Below the pieces are notes generated by a model, which saw nothing but the letters and a program-made list of their open reading frames with translations, did not search any database and had not been told where the DNA came from. Shown piece by piece: positions 11,843 through 20,078 of a stretch of DNA of 64,000 nucleotides. Source of the stretch: Calditrichia bacterium. GTDB taxonomy: Bacteria > Calditrichota > Calditrichia > JAJRVZ01. Every line of letters starts with the position of its first letter. The first letter of the stretch is position 1. The position numbers and the translations under genes are program-made. The DNA lies in the NCBI GenBank assembly GCA_963777955.1, contig CAVZSQ010000015.1:96001-160000 (forward strand), written 5' to 3'.

Positions 11843-12136
11843 TTCCGCTTCTCGCTTCTGCAGGAGGTCCAGATTGACTGGCTCAAAAATACTGATTGAG
11901 ATAACTATATTCAAATATAAAATATAACGGCAGCAGGGATCAAGGTCCTGCCTGCTATCATGCCGGTTCGACTTTCGCTATAAATTAATATTTCTAAAAA
12001 AGAGTATTTTTTATTAAAATATCACAATTTTCAGGTATCTTTCAGAATACCGATTCTAAAGGCAATACATTGTATATTCATAAGAAATCTAATTGAATTG
12101 ATGTTATTTTATTAATTTTCAGGGAGAACAGTGACT

Positions 12137-12304
12137 ATGCCAATCTATGATTATCAATGCCAGGGGTGCAAAAAGAAATTTACCGTAGAAATGACTGTGG
12201 AAAAGTACAGTAAAGGTCCGCGGGTGAGTTGCCCTAAATGTAAAAACAAAAAAGTACAACGGATTTTTTCCAATGTATCGGTAATCACGTCAAAAAAGAG
12301 TTGA
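12137..12304 (+). CDS. FmdB-family zinc-ribbon protein, 55 aa (not in the ORF track)
   Basis: MPIYDYQCQGCKKKF...CPKCKNKKVQRIFS...TSKKS; GGGAG upstream. Confidence 0.9.
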   Translation: MPIYDYQCQGCKKKFTVEMTVEKYSKGPRVSCPKCKNKKVQRIFSNVSVITSKKS

Positions 12305-12325
12305 AAGGCTTGATTTGGTGATAAA

Positions 12326-13729
12326 ATGCAGAAAATCGAAGAGGTTTTTGCCAGACAACAGTCATACCGTGAGCAATCGGGTCAACCGGATTATGCCAGG
12401 CGCGTTAAGGTCCTTAAAAAATTAAAACGCTGGATTCTCGACAATCGTACTGCCATATGCTCCACGCTTCATGCAGATTTTGAAAAACCTGTTCCGGAAA
12501 CAGAGGGGATGGAAATTTATCCTGTACTGTCCGAAATCAACCACACGCTGCGCCATCTTAAGCGCTGGATGCGCCCGCGTAAAGTCAGACGCCTGTTAAC
12601 CCTGTTTACGGCCAGGGGGTATGTGCAATATGAGCCCAAGGGAATTGTGCTGATCATTGCTCCCTGGAATTATCCCTTCATGCTGACCGTTGAACCGCTG
12701 ATCTCGGCCCTGGCGGCCGGGAACAGTGTCATGATCAAACCTTCCGAGCTGGCACCGCACACTTCCGGTTTGATCAAGAATATGATCACTGAAATATTTG
12801 AAGAACATGAAGTAGCCGTATTCGAAGGGGATAAACAGGTGGCGATTGAACTTTTGAAACAGCCCTTTGATCATGTTTTTTTCACCGGCAGTACCAATGT
12901 CGGCAAACTGGTCATGCAGGCAGCGGCCGAAAATCTTACTTCGGTCACGCTGGAGTTAGGGGGCAAGAGTCCGGTGATTGTCGATGAAAGTGCCGATCTG
13001 GCCGATGCGGCTGCCAAGATTACCTGGGGCAAGTTTTGCAACAGCGGACAGTCCTGCATTGCTCCTGATTATGTCTTTATCCATCATACCCGTTTTGATA
13101 AATTTATCAGCGCAATGCGCCAGGCGATTCATAACGTTTACGGCGATTCCACGCCCAGGCAAAAACATTGTCCCGATTATGCCCGCATGGTCAATGAGGT
13201 GCATGTACAGCGTATGAAAAATATCAGGGACAGTTGTCTGCAGCTGGGGGGTAAAATTGAAATCGGCGGGGAGATCGATGTGGATGAGAATTTTGTAGCG
13301 CCGACAGTGTTGAGCGGTGTCGATAAAAATTGCCGCATCATGCAGGAGGAGATTTTCGGGCCGCTGCTGCCGGTTTTTACGTACCGTGATTTACGTGAAC
13401 CATTACGTTACATTAATTCTAAAGATAAACCGCTGGCATTATACATTTTCAGTCGTAATAAAAAGAACATTCAGACTATTTTGCACAGTACTTCAGCCGG
13501 CGGCAGTTGTATCAACGATGTGGTGGTGCATTACATCCAGATCAATCTTCCTTTTGGCGGAGTACGGCACAGCGGTATCGGCAGTGCTCATGGTCTGTAC
13601 GGTTTCCGGGCTTTTTCGCATGAGCGGGCGGTGATGCACAATACCTGGTACAGTCCGATCAAATTAATGTATCCGCCTTATACCAAACGCACTAAAAAAC
13701 TGATCGATTTGCTGATAAAATATTTTTAA
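12326..13729 (+). CDS. Aldehyde dehydrogenase (ALDH3/coniferyl-aldehyde type)
   Basis: IAPWNYP, KPSE, FFTGS, TLELGGKSP, NSGQSCIAPDY, EEIFGPLLP, LPFGGV. Confidence 0.95.
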   Translation: MQKIEEVFARQQSYREQSGQPDYARRVKVLKKLKRWILDNRTAICSTLHADFEKPVPETEGMEIYPVLSEINHTLRHLKRWMRPRKVRRLLTLFTARGYVQYEPKGIVLIIAPWNYPFMLTVEPLISALAAGNSVMIKPSELAPHTSGLIKNMITEIFEEHEVAVFEGDKQVAIELLKQPFDHVFFTGSTNVGKLVMQAAAENLTSVTLELGGKSPVIVDESADLADAAAKITWGKFCNSGQSCIAPDYVFIHHTRFDKFISAMRQAIHNVYGDSTPRQKHCPDYARMVNEVHVQRMKNIRDSCLQLGGKIEIGGEIDVDENFVAPTVLSGVDKNCRIMQEEIFGPLLPVFTYRDLREPLRYINSKDKPLALYIFSRNKKNIQTILHSTSAGGSCINDVVVHYIQINLPFGGVRHSGIGSAHGLYGFRAFSHERAVMHNTWYSPIKLMYPPYTKRTKKLIDLLIKYF

Positions 13730-13794
13730 GACTAATTTTTATTAATTCCGGTCAGGATAATAGAGTTGGAATCATTGGTGAGTATATACAGAAC

Positions 13795-14100
13795 ATGTCT
13801 GAAATTGAAAATTATCTTTTTGCTGTCTTTTATATGCTGGGATCGATATTCTCATATTGGGTTTTACCATATTTAATCATTCAAGTAAAATATAGAAAAA
13901 AAGTAGAAAAATCGCTTAAGTATCTTTTTTATAGGGATTTATTATGGCCATTTTTAAGCAGAAATTATAATGTCGTACAACAATATTGCACGGCTGATGA
14001 GATGCATGACATTATTTGGCTATTAAAATATGGACGTTGGATATACCTGATATCTTTCTTTATTTTAAGTATAGTAATTTTTATTGTATTATTCAGGTAG
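13795..14100 (+). CDS. Hypothetical small membrane protein, AT-rich
   Basis: 101 aa ORF with two hydrophobic segments; no recognised motif. Confidence 0.6.
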   Translation: MSEIENYLFAVFYMLGSIFSYWVLPYLIIQVKYRKKVEKSLKYLFYRDLLWPFLSRNYNVVQQYCTADEMHDIIWLLKYGRWIYLISFFILSIVIFIVLFR

Positions 14101-14168
14101 GAAAAAACCTAATTATATGCCTATAAATATTTAAATGCAAGCAGTTCATTCAAAGCGCATAAAAACTT

Positions 14169-14582
14169 ATGGGGTGTGAAATGACCTTGGAAAAAGTATC
14201 TGAAGTTTTTGTGGTATTGGAAGATCGTCCCGGCAGTATCGGCGAATTATGCCGGGTTTTAAAGAAGAAGGGGATAAATATTCTGGGCATTGGTGTTTTT
14301 TTTGATACGGCCCGTTTGCATGTTGACAATACATCCAAAGCGATCCAGGTTTTAAAGGAGTATGATTATCAGACCGAAGAACGGGAGGTATTGCGGGTGA
14401 CCATGCCGAACAAGCCCGGGATGTTGTCGCACTTGACGGAAAAGTTGGGCAAAGCCGGTATTAATATTAAGTATTTATACAGCACGTTGACTAATGAGCA
14501 GAGCAACGCCATAGTCATTTTAGAAGTGGACCAGCTGCAACTGGCGGTGGATATTTTCACGGAGCATGGCGACGGTGGTTGA
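14169..14582 (+). CDS. Tandem ACT-domain protein
   Basis: LEDRPGSIGELCRVLKKKGINI and MPNKPGMLSHLTEKLGKAGINIKYLY. Confidence 0.9.
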   Translation: MGCEMTLEKVSEVFVVLEDRPGSIGELCRVLKKKGINILGIGVFFDTARLHVDNTSKAIQVLKEYDYQTEEREVLRVTMPNKPGMLSHLTEKLGKAGINIKYLYSTLTNEQSNAIVILEVDQLQLAVDIFTEHGDGG

Positions 14583-14584
14583 TT

Positions 14585-14646
14585 AACCCTCCCCAAGCCC
14601 CTCCCTATCAGCCAGGAGGCTGATAGGGAGGGGTAAGGGGTGGGTT
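14585..14646. repeat. Palindromic hairpin repeat, copy 1
   Basis: AACCC T CCCC AAG CCCCTCCC TATCAGCC agga GGCTGATA GGGAGGGG TAA GGGG T GGGTT, just after the ACT gene stop. Confidence 0.9.
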
Positions 14647-14675
14647 GTACAATTCATGGGCAGAATGGGGTGAAA

Positions 14676-15719
14676 ATGTCGGGCAGAAAATTATTGAATT
14701 GTGCGGTCTGGCTGAATTTAATATTCATTTTTTTAATTCTGCTTCTCGTTTTCTCCCCAGGGTGTCAGGGGGACTGGCCCACGGATCAGAGACGAAGTGA
14801 TCAGGTAAAAACCCTGAGCAGCCTGCAAAAGATAAACGATTATCCGTTTTATACCTTGACCTACTACGGCGACTATGGTTTTAGGGAATTATCTGAAATA
14901 CTGGCAGGATGCCTTCATCCTTCGCCGCAGTAAAATCAGCAAATAATAAATATGCCTGCACCTGTTTTGCCGCCATGGGCTCCGATTCCTGCCGGTTGTT
15001 CGGCCGGAATTTTGACTGGACAACTCATATCGCTTTATTGCTGTTCACCGATCCGCCGGATGGTTATGCTTCGGTTTCCATGATTGACCTGGAACATGCC
15101 GGATATTCGGATACCAATACTCCCGATGCCTGGACTAATCGATACAATCTTCTGCAGGCTCCGTTTTTACCCATGGATGGCCTGAATGAAAAAGGTCTGG
15201 CGGTCGCTATCATGGCGGTTCCACAGGCCGCAGCACCACTATGTTCCGGGTAGAGTCACTCTTTATACAGCATTTGTGGTCAGGCTGTTACTGGATTATG
15301 CCGCAAACGTCGCAGAAGCCATTGAATTGATCGATGACTATAATATCAGTTTTGCTACAGGTACTCCCTGTCATTTTCTGGTTGCAGACTCCAGCGGTCA
15401 CACAGCAATTATTGAATTTATTGACGGTACCAAGCAGGTTACCCGGCCGGACGAGCAGTGGCAGGTTTGTACAAATTTTATTGTTCATGGTTCACAGGCT
15501 CCTGATAGCGTGACCTGCTGGCGGTATAATACTGCCTATGATCTATTAAGCGGCGATGGGGGAAATGTAGACCAAGACAGAGCCATGTATGTGCTGAGTC
15601 GGGTTGTGCAAGGACAACCTTATCATACCATGTGGTCGATGGTCTATAATCTGAAAACACTGGGGGTGGATGTAGTGATAAATGCGGAGTTTCAGGTGAA
15701 ATATCATTTTCAATTATAG
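14676..15719 (+). CDS. Exported Ntn-hydrolase (linear amide C-N hydrolase/choloylglycine hydrolase-like), two frameshifts
   Basis: Signal/lipobox-like FSPGC; nucleophile Cys in ACTCF, FGRNFDW, PMDGLNEKGLAVA, HFLVADSSG, VCTNF, TMWSMVYN across three frames. Confidence 0.85.
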
Positions 15720-15882
15720 GGTAAATGGTAAAGTCGGAGGCATGGCGCAAGCCAGGCCGTAGATCTGCCGGTAAGGCAGAGGAAAAGGGTAAAGGGTGTT
15801 GAATATGGGTAAAGTCAACCCTGATGGAACAATATGGGATGCAGGAGTGAATATACTTAAGTAAGAAAAGAAAGATAATAAA

Positions 15883-16383
15883 ATGTCAAAATACTCAGTA
15901 GCATTGAAGAATGATCTTGCAGACAATATCCGGGAAGCGATTAAATATTATGAAGAATCAATTACTTTTGGTGAAAATATTGCTGATGCTTATAAAAATT
16001 TAGCATTTATCTATTGGATTTTAATAAATGATTATGGTTTTGTTACTGAACATAAATTTAATCCACAAGAAGATTTATTTGACAAAGCATTCACTGGATG
16101 GAAATATATTTTAGAAATTGGTAAAGAAAAATTTCCCAATGATATTGAATTTGATTTTTGGTTAAAATATATGTCACATATAATGAATGGCGAACAATTC
16201 ACCCCGGATGAATGTGCTGATCTATTAAGAAAGGATAATACTAATTTAATTCCTTATTTCTTTTTGCAGCAGTACATAAGGCAATTTGAAGATAAAATAA
16301 TTTCATTAAAAAAAGTGTTATTAAATTCACCAACTCAAAAAAATAAATATATCTTATCAATTATAACTGCAGCATTATATTGA
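15883..16383 (+). CDS. Hypothetical AT-rich helical protein (TPR-like N-terminus; possible immunity protein)
   Basis: 166 aa ORF, REAIKYYEESI...ADAYKNLAFIYW resembles a TPR pair. Confidence 0.65.
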   Translation: MSKYSVALKNDLADNIREAIKYYEESITFGENIADAYKNLAFIYWILINDYGFVTEHKFNPQEDLFDKAFTGWKYILEIGKEKFPNDIEFDFWLKYMSHIMNGEQFTPDECADLLRKDNTNLIPYFFLQQYIRQFEDKIISLKKVLLNSPTQKNKYILSIITAALY

Positions 16384-16484
16384 TGTAATATAAATATTTC
16401 TAAAAGGATGAAAAGATATGGGGTCGAATCAGAAGTGTTTATTATTTTTTAGTGTCTTGATATTGTACCGGAAACTAAACAGTT

Positions 16485-16657
16485 TGAAAATTGATTTCTC
16501 CCGGTTTATTTATGCAGTCAAAATTAATTATTGAAAATTGGCGGGTCGATTACAATTGTAATCGACCACATAGTTCTCTGAATTATTTAACACCACAGCA
16601 GTTTAAACAACAGGAAATACTCTCAGATCGAGTTGTCCAATAAAAGGGAGAAGGTCA
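16485..16657 (+). mobile_element. IS3-family remnant: 3' end of OrfB plus right inverted repeat
   Basis: IIENWRVDYNCNRPHSSLNYLTPQQF...VVQ-stop, ending in GTTGTCCAATAAAAGGGAGAAGGTCA. Confidence 0.8.
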
Positions 16658-16658
16658 G

Positions 16659-17030
16659 TTGTATTCCATGTCTATATTTAATCAAATTAAAGCAAACATT
16701 AAATTAATTATTGGCAGTTCTATTATTATTGTAGTAATGATACTTGCTGATTTATTCTCAGATTCAAGTAAAAATATATGGCAAGATTTTTATGATGCCT
16801 CATTTTCTAATATTGTTGATTCCGTACGTGTTGGCTATAGAACTCACAGGATTTTAGTTAATAATAAATGGTATGAAATTGATGCGTATGATTACACTGA
16901 CTTTATTACATTCGTATCTAAAGGAGATAGTATATACAAAAAAAGTAAGAAGTGGGATATTATTGTGATGAAAAAAAGTGGAAATCAATGGCTACAAAAA
17001 TATTTTAAAGGAGAAGAATATAATTATTGA
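16659..17030 (+). CDS. Hypothetical AT-rich protein with N-terminal membrane anchor
   Basis: IKLIIGSSIIIVVMILA TM segment, then a beta-rich part with SKGDSIYKKS. Confidence 0.65.
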   Translation: MYSMSIFNQIKANIKLIIGSSIIIVVMILADLFSDSSKNIWQDFYDASFSNIVDSVRVGYRTHRILVNNKWYEIDAYDYTDFITFVSKGDSIYKKSKKWDIIVMKKSGNQWLQKYFKGEEYNY

Positions 17031-17043
17031 ATAAAGATTTAAT

Positions 17044-17724
17044 TGTGATACTTCAGACCCTGCCGAACAATTTTACTATTTACTTAAGAGCGATCGTAAT
17101 CTTTCATAAGGTGTTTTTCCATCAAATGCTCCATGCGGTCGGTTGAAGTCATAAAACTGTTCCCAACTTTCCAATTTATTATTTAAATCAACATCGTCTG
17201 TATAGGTTAATAACTGATAAAATTCTTCCTGATCGATGCGATGAGATCTTTCAACTTTACCATTCAGGTTTGGTGAATGTGGCTTAATATAAATATGTCT
17301 CATTCCTTTATCTTCGACATGCCAGTGAAATCGGGCCTGAAATTCATGTCTGCGATCGGTTCTAATCGTATGAATCCGGAATGGGAATTTGCTCTCTACG
17401 TGATCGATAAAATCTATGGCGTTTTTCTGGTTATGTTCTGCATATATTTTTAACGTTCTAATTCTGGTGGCATCATCAACCGCCGTATACTGAAAACGTT
17501 TGATCCTGTTTCCTAAAGGATCGTTAAGTGTAATAAATTTAACATCTACCTGGACATGATGACTTCGTACGTCTTTATGGTAACGCTTCATGTGGAGTGT
17601 CCTTTTTGAAGCGGTTTTAGGTAGTCGGTTAATTTTATATTTCACCAGCGTTCGTGTAATACTGGATTCATAAATGATGATATTATGGTACCGCTCAAGA
17701 TAGTACTTAATTTTTTAGAACCGA
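17044..17724 (-). mobile_element. IS481-family transposase, 5'-truncated, with right end
   Basis: VQVDVKF, QYTAVDDATR, IRTD, PNLNGKVERSHR, NRPHGAFDGKTPYE; terminal TGTGATAC at 17044; coding similarity (YYLERYH...ESSITRTL) runs up to the IS3-like end at 17725. Confidence 0.88.
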
Positions 17725-17875
17725 TGACCTTTCCCCCGAAAACTGGACGGTTTGAATTTGGAGTTCTCCTGTTTAAATTAGCCCAAGAAAGGAGAGCATC
17801 TCATGAAGAGCTGGTATATTACACTCCTTTAGGAGGAGACACGAAACAGGTTGAGATATACCAGGGGGTGGGTCA
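17725..17875. mobile_element. 151 bp IS3-end-bounded mini element (TGACC...GGTCA)
   Basis: Left end TGACCTTTCCCCCGAAAACTGGAC resembles the reverse complement of the IR ending at 16657 (TGACCTTCTCCCTTTTATTGGAC); AAAGGAG and ATGAAG follow; right end CAGGGGGTGGGTCA. Confidence 0.6.
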
Positions 17876-18146
17876 CTCCAAATTCCTTTTTCCCCTTTTC
17901 TCATTACCCATTACCCTCCAAACTTTCGTTATTATTTTTATACCTAAATATATAAATAACAAGGTTATACCTCCCTCAAAAATGGTACTATCTTTTTGTT
18001 GACATGCAATTCTTCATGCGTAAATTGAAGGCGAGTATGTCCAAAACTTGTCATTTTCTGTCAAACGGAATTTACTTTTTACCAAAAACTGAATCAAAAT
18101 TCCTCATGATGATCAATATATAAGCGCAACCGAAATAAAGACTACT

Positions 18147-18210
18147 TAACCCTCCCCACACCCTCCCTTTTCCGGCAGCTGCCGGAAAGGGAGGGGCAGG
18201 GGGTGGGTTA
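18147..18210. repeat. Palindromic hairpin repeat, copy 2
   Basis: TAACCC T CCCC ACA CCCTCCC TTTTCCGGCA gc TGCCGGAAA GGGAGGG GCAG GGGG T GGGTTA. Confidence 0.9.
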
Positions 18211-18228
18211 TTAACTTTTCATTTATTT

Positions 18229-18258
18229 ATACATATTAATGTATATATTTATATACAT
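18229..18258. promoter_or_regulatory. Overlapping palindromes; candidate operator of the RHH antitoxin
   Basis: ATACATATTAATGTAT (18229-18244) and ATGTATATATTTATATACAT (18239-18258), 30 nt upstream of the antitoxin ATG. Confidence 0.5.
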
Positions 18259-18288
18259 AATTTTATGGATAAATATGAGGGTTGTAAT

Positions 18289-18516
18289 ATGAAAACTATC
18301 CAAATGACTATCGATGAAAAACTATTGGATAAGGTTGATCGGACCAGTAAAAAATTAAAGAAGACGCGCTCCGAGTTAATCCGAGTATCTTTAAAAAAAA
18401 TGCTGCATGAATTAAGCGTAAGGGAGATGGAAAATAAGCACCGGGCAGGTTATCAAAAGAAGCCTGTGCAAGATGCTGAATTTGATCTCTGGGAAGACGA
18501 GCAGGTATGGCTATGA
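18289..18516 (+). CDS. Ribbon-helix-helix (CopG-like) antitoxin
   Basis: MKTIQMTIDEKLLDKVD...RSELIR, acidic C-terminal tail, overlaps the toxin start. Confidence 0.85.
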   Translation: MKTIQMTIDEKLLDKVDRTSKKLKKTRSELIRVSLKKMLHELSVREMENKHRAGYQKKPVQDAEFDLWEDEQVWL

Positions 18517-18833
18517 GAATAGAACGCGGAGAGGTTCGCTGGTATACTTTTAACCCGCCCGATAAAAAACGGCCAGTTGTTATCCTAACCCGTGATTCGG
18601 CGATAGATTATTTAGGAGAATTGACTATCGCTCCCATTACTTCTACCATAAGATCAATACCGACTGAAGTAATTCTGAATGAAAAAGATGGAATGCAGAA
18701 TACGTGCGCAATTAACCTGGATCATATTCAGACAGTATCGAAAAATAAAATAGATAAGCTGATAACCAGACTGTCTCCGGCCCGGTTAAGGGAAATTAAA
18801 ATTGCTGCAAATTTTGCGCTGGGATTTGATTAA
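18507..18833 (+). CDS. mazF: PemK/MazF-family endoribonuclease toxin
   Basis: RGEVRW...KKRPVVILT, APITST, INLDHIQTVSK. Confidence 0.93.
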   Translation: MAMRIERGEVRWYTFNPPDKKRPVVILTRDSAIDYLGELTIAPITSTIRSIPTEVILNEKDGMQNTCAINLDHIQTVSKNKIDKLITRLSPARLREIKIAANFALGFD

Positions 18834-18837
18834 TAAC

Positions 18838-18906
18838 GACCCTCCCCAGCCCCCTCCCTGTCCCCTCGACTTCGCTCGGGGACCGGAAAGGGGTAGGGGG
18901 TGGGTC
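18838..18906. repeat. Palindromic hairpin repeat, copy 3
   Basis: GACCC T CCCC AGC CCCCTCCC TGTCCCCTCGACTTCGCTCGGGGACC GGAAAGGGG TAG GGGG T GGGTC, just after the mazF stop. Confidence 0.85.
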
Positions 18907-18989
18907 ATGAACGAGGATACTTTTATTTGTGAAATTGTATCCGGTATAATGAATCAGTATATTCAAAAAGGTCTAAAAAGGTGGTTTAT

Positions 18990-19208
18990 ATGGAATATAC
19001 ATTTACAGCGATATTTAAAAAGGTGAAGGAAGGATATGTAGGATATCTGGCGGAATTACCCGGGGCCAATACTCAGGGAAAAACTATTGAAGAAACCAGG
19101 GAGAATCTGAAAGAGGCTGTGGCTATGGTGCTGCAGGCTAATCGTGAACTTGCCGAACGTAATAGCGATGCTCAGGCCATTCGTGAATCGATTAAAGTTA
19201 TTGCCTGA
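18990..19208 (+). CDS. hicB: HicB-family antitoxin (short form, no DNA-binding domain)
   Basis: GYVGYLAELPGANTQGKTIEETRENLKEAV. Confidence 0.9.
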   Translation: MEYTFTAIFKKVKEGYVGYLAELPGANTQGKTIEETRENLKEAVAMVLQANRELAERNSDAQAIRESIKVIA

Positions 19209-19396
19209 TGAAACGGAAAAAATTAGTTGATCATCTCAGGCAAAAAGGATGTGTTCAATATCGTGAAGGAAAGAAGCATACACTTTTTATAAATCCCGGC
19301 ACCAGTAAGATCACTACTATCCCCCGTCATAACGAAATTAATGATTTTCTTGCCGAAAAAATCTGTAAAGATCTGGATATCGAATGCCCAGATTAA
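19208..19396 (+). CDS. hicA: HicA-family mRNA interferase toxin
   Basis: MKRKKLVDHL..KGC...REGKKH...TTIPRHNEI...ICKDL; TGATG overlap with hicB. Confidence 0.92.
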   Translation: MKRKKLVDHLRQKGCVQYREGKKHTLFINPGTSKITTIPRHNEINDFLAEKICKDLDIECPD

Positions 19397-19477
19397 TCTT
19401 GATGCTCGTCAGGTAAGAAATCGTAATATTATCCAGTGTATTTTTTTATATGCAAAAATTCGAAGACTACGGTATCT

Positions 19478-19539
19478 AATCCTTCTCACACCCCTCCCTT
19501 TCAGTCTCTTGACTGAAAGGGAGGGGCAGGGGGTGGGTT
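19478..19539. repeat. Palindromic hairpin repeat, copy 4, followed by a degenerate half copy (19541-19565)
   Basis: AATCC T TCTC ACA CCCCTCCC TTTCAGTC tctt GACTGAAA GGGAGGGG CAG GGGG T GGGTT. Confidence 0.88.
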
Positions 19540-19840
19540 GGTCAGGGAGGGGACGCGGGGTGGTTCAGATTCCCGCCTGTATTACTACCAAGCATGCCAT
19601 TCGTTCAGCGGGAATGACGCTGGTAGGATTTTTCTCAACTACTTTCTTAAAATGTTGTTAATCTAACCACCTTCACGGTTATAGAAACCTTGAATGTGTT
19701 TCTTTGCCTTAGTGTCTTTTAAAACAACCCCCTAACCCCCTTTATTAAGGGGGATTTCTTTTTGCCTTGCTTTGTCCCTCTGTATCTTTGTCCCTTAGTC
19801 CCTATTAATCCTATTATTTTTCAAAATTCATGGAGTAACC

Positions 19841-19869
19841 TTGAAATAAAAATTTTATTCCCTTAAATT
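19841..19869 (+). promoter_or_regulatory. Candidate sigma70 promoter of tRNA-Tyr
   Basis: TTGAAA-17 nt-TAAATT, 11 nt before the tRNA. Confidence 0.55.
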
Positions 19870-19880
19870 AAACGATTCAC

Positions 19881-19963
19881 GGGGAGGTTGCGGAGCGGTC
19901 AAACGCAACAGACTGTAAATCTGTCGGCTCAGGCCTTCGGAGGTTCAAATCCTTCCCTCCCCA
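19881..19963 (+). tRNA. tRNA-Tyr(GTA), CCA not encoded
   Basis: Acceptor GGGGAGG/CCTCCCC-A, anticodon arm ACAGA-CTGTAAA-TCTGT, long variable arm, GGTTCAAATCC. Confidence 0.97.
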
Positions 19964-19980
19964 CAGATGTTGTGCCGAAG

Positions 19981-20009
19981 GCCCTGTTAACTATAACAGG
20001 GCTTTTTTT
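19981..20009 (+). terminator. Rho-independent terminator after tRNA-Tyr
   Basis: GCCCTGTTA acta TAACAGGGC TTTTTTT. Confidence 0.85.
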
Positions 20010-20078
20010 CATGATCAAACAACTTATTTCCATTTAATCCGTCTTATTAATTAATATCTTAAAATGGGAGTACAGACT

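Noticed and set aside
16417..16450. ATGGGGTC motif resembling ends of REP-associated transposase elements
   Set aside because: Too short, no partner end or transposase nearby; one more occurrence near 37471 could be chance.
17685..18002. 105 aa plus-strand ORF
   Set aside because: It runs across the IS481 break and IS3-like ends, so it is a chance frame.
14585..19539. Hairpin repeats as a CRISPR array
   Set aside because: Copies are 0.6-3.5 kb apart, vary internally, and there are no regular spacers or cas genes.
14585..19539. Hairpin repeats as canonical integron attC sites
   Set aside because: Only copy 2 has RYYYAAC, none ends in GTTRRRY, copy 3 closes with GAC/GTC, the unpaired-spacer and extrahelical-base layout is absent, and no intI is in the window. 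Kept only as an analogy.
18802..19661. ORFs 18802-19026 and 19341-19661
   Set aside because: Their Pro/Gly-rich parts are translations of the hairpin repeats and they overlap real TA genes.
13740..19880. tRNA-integrated prophage or integrative element
   Set aside because: The island lies 5' of tRNA-Tyr, I found no duplicated tRNA end, and there are no integrase or phage genes.
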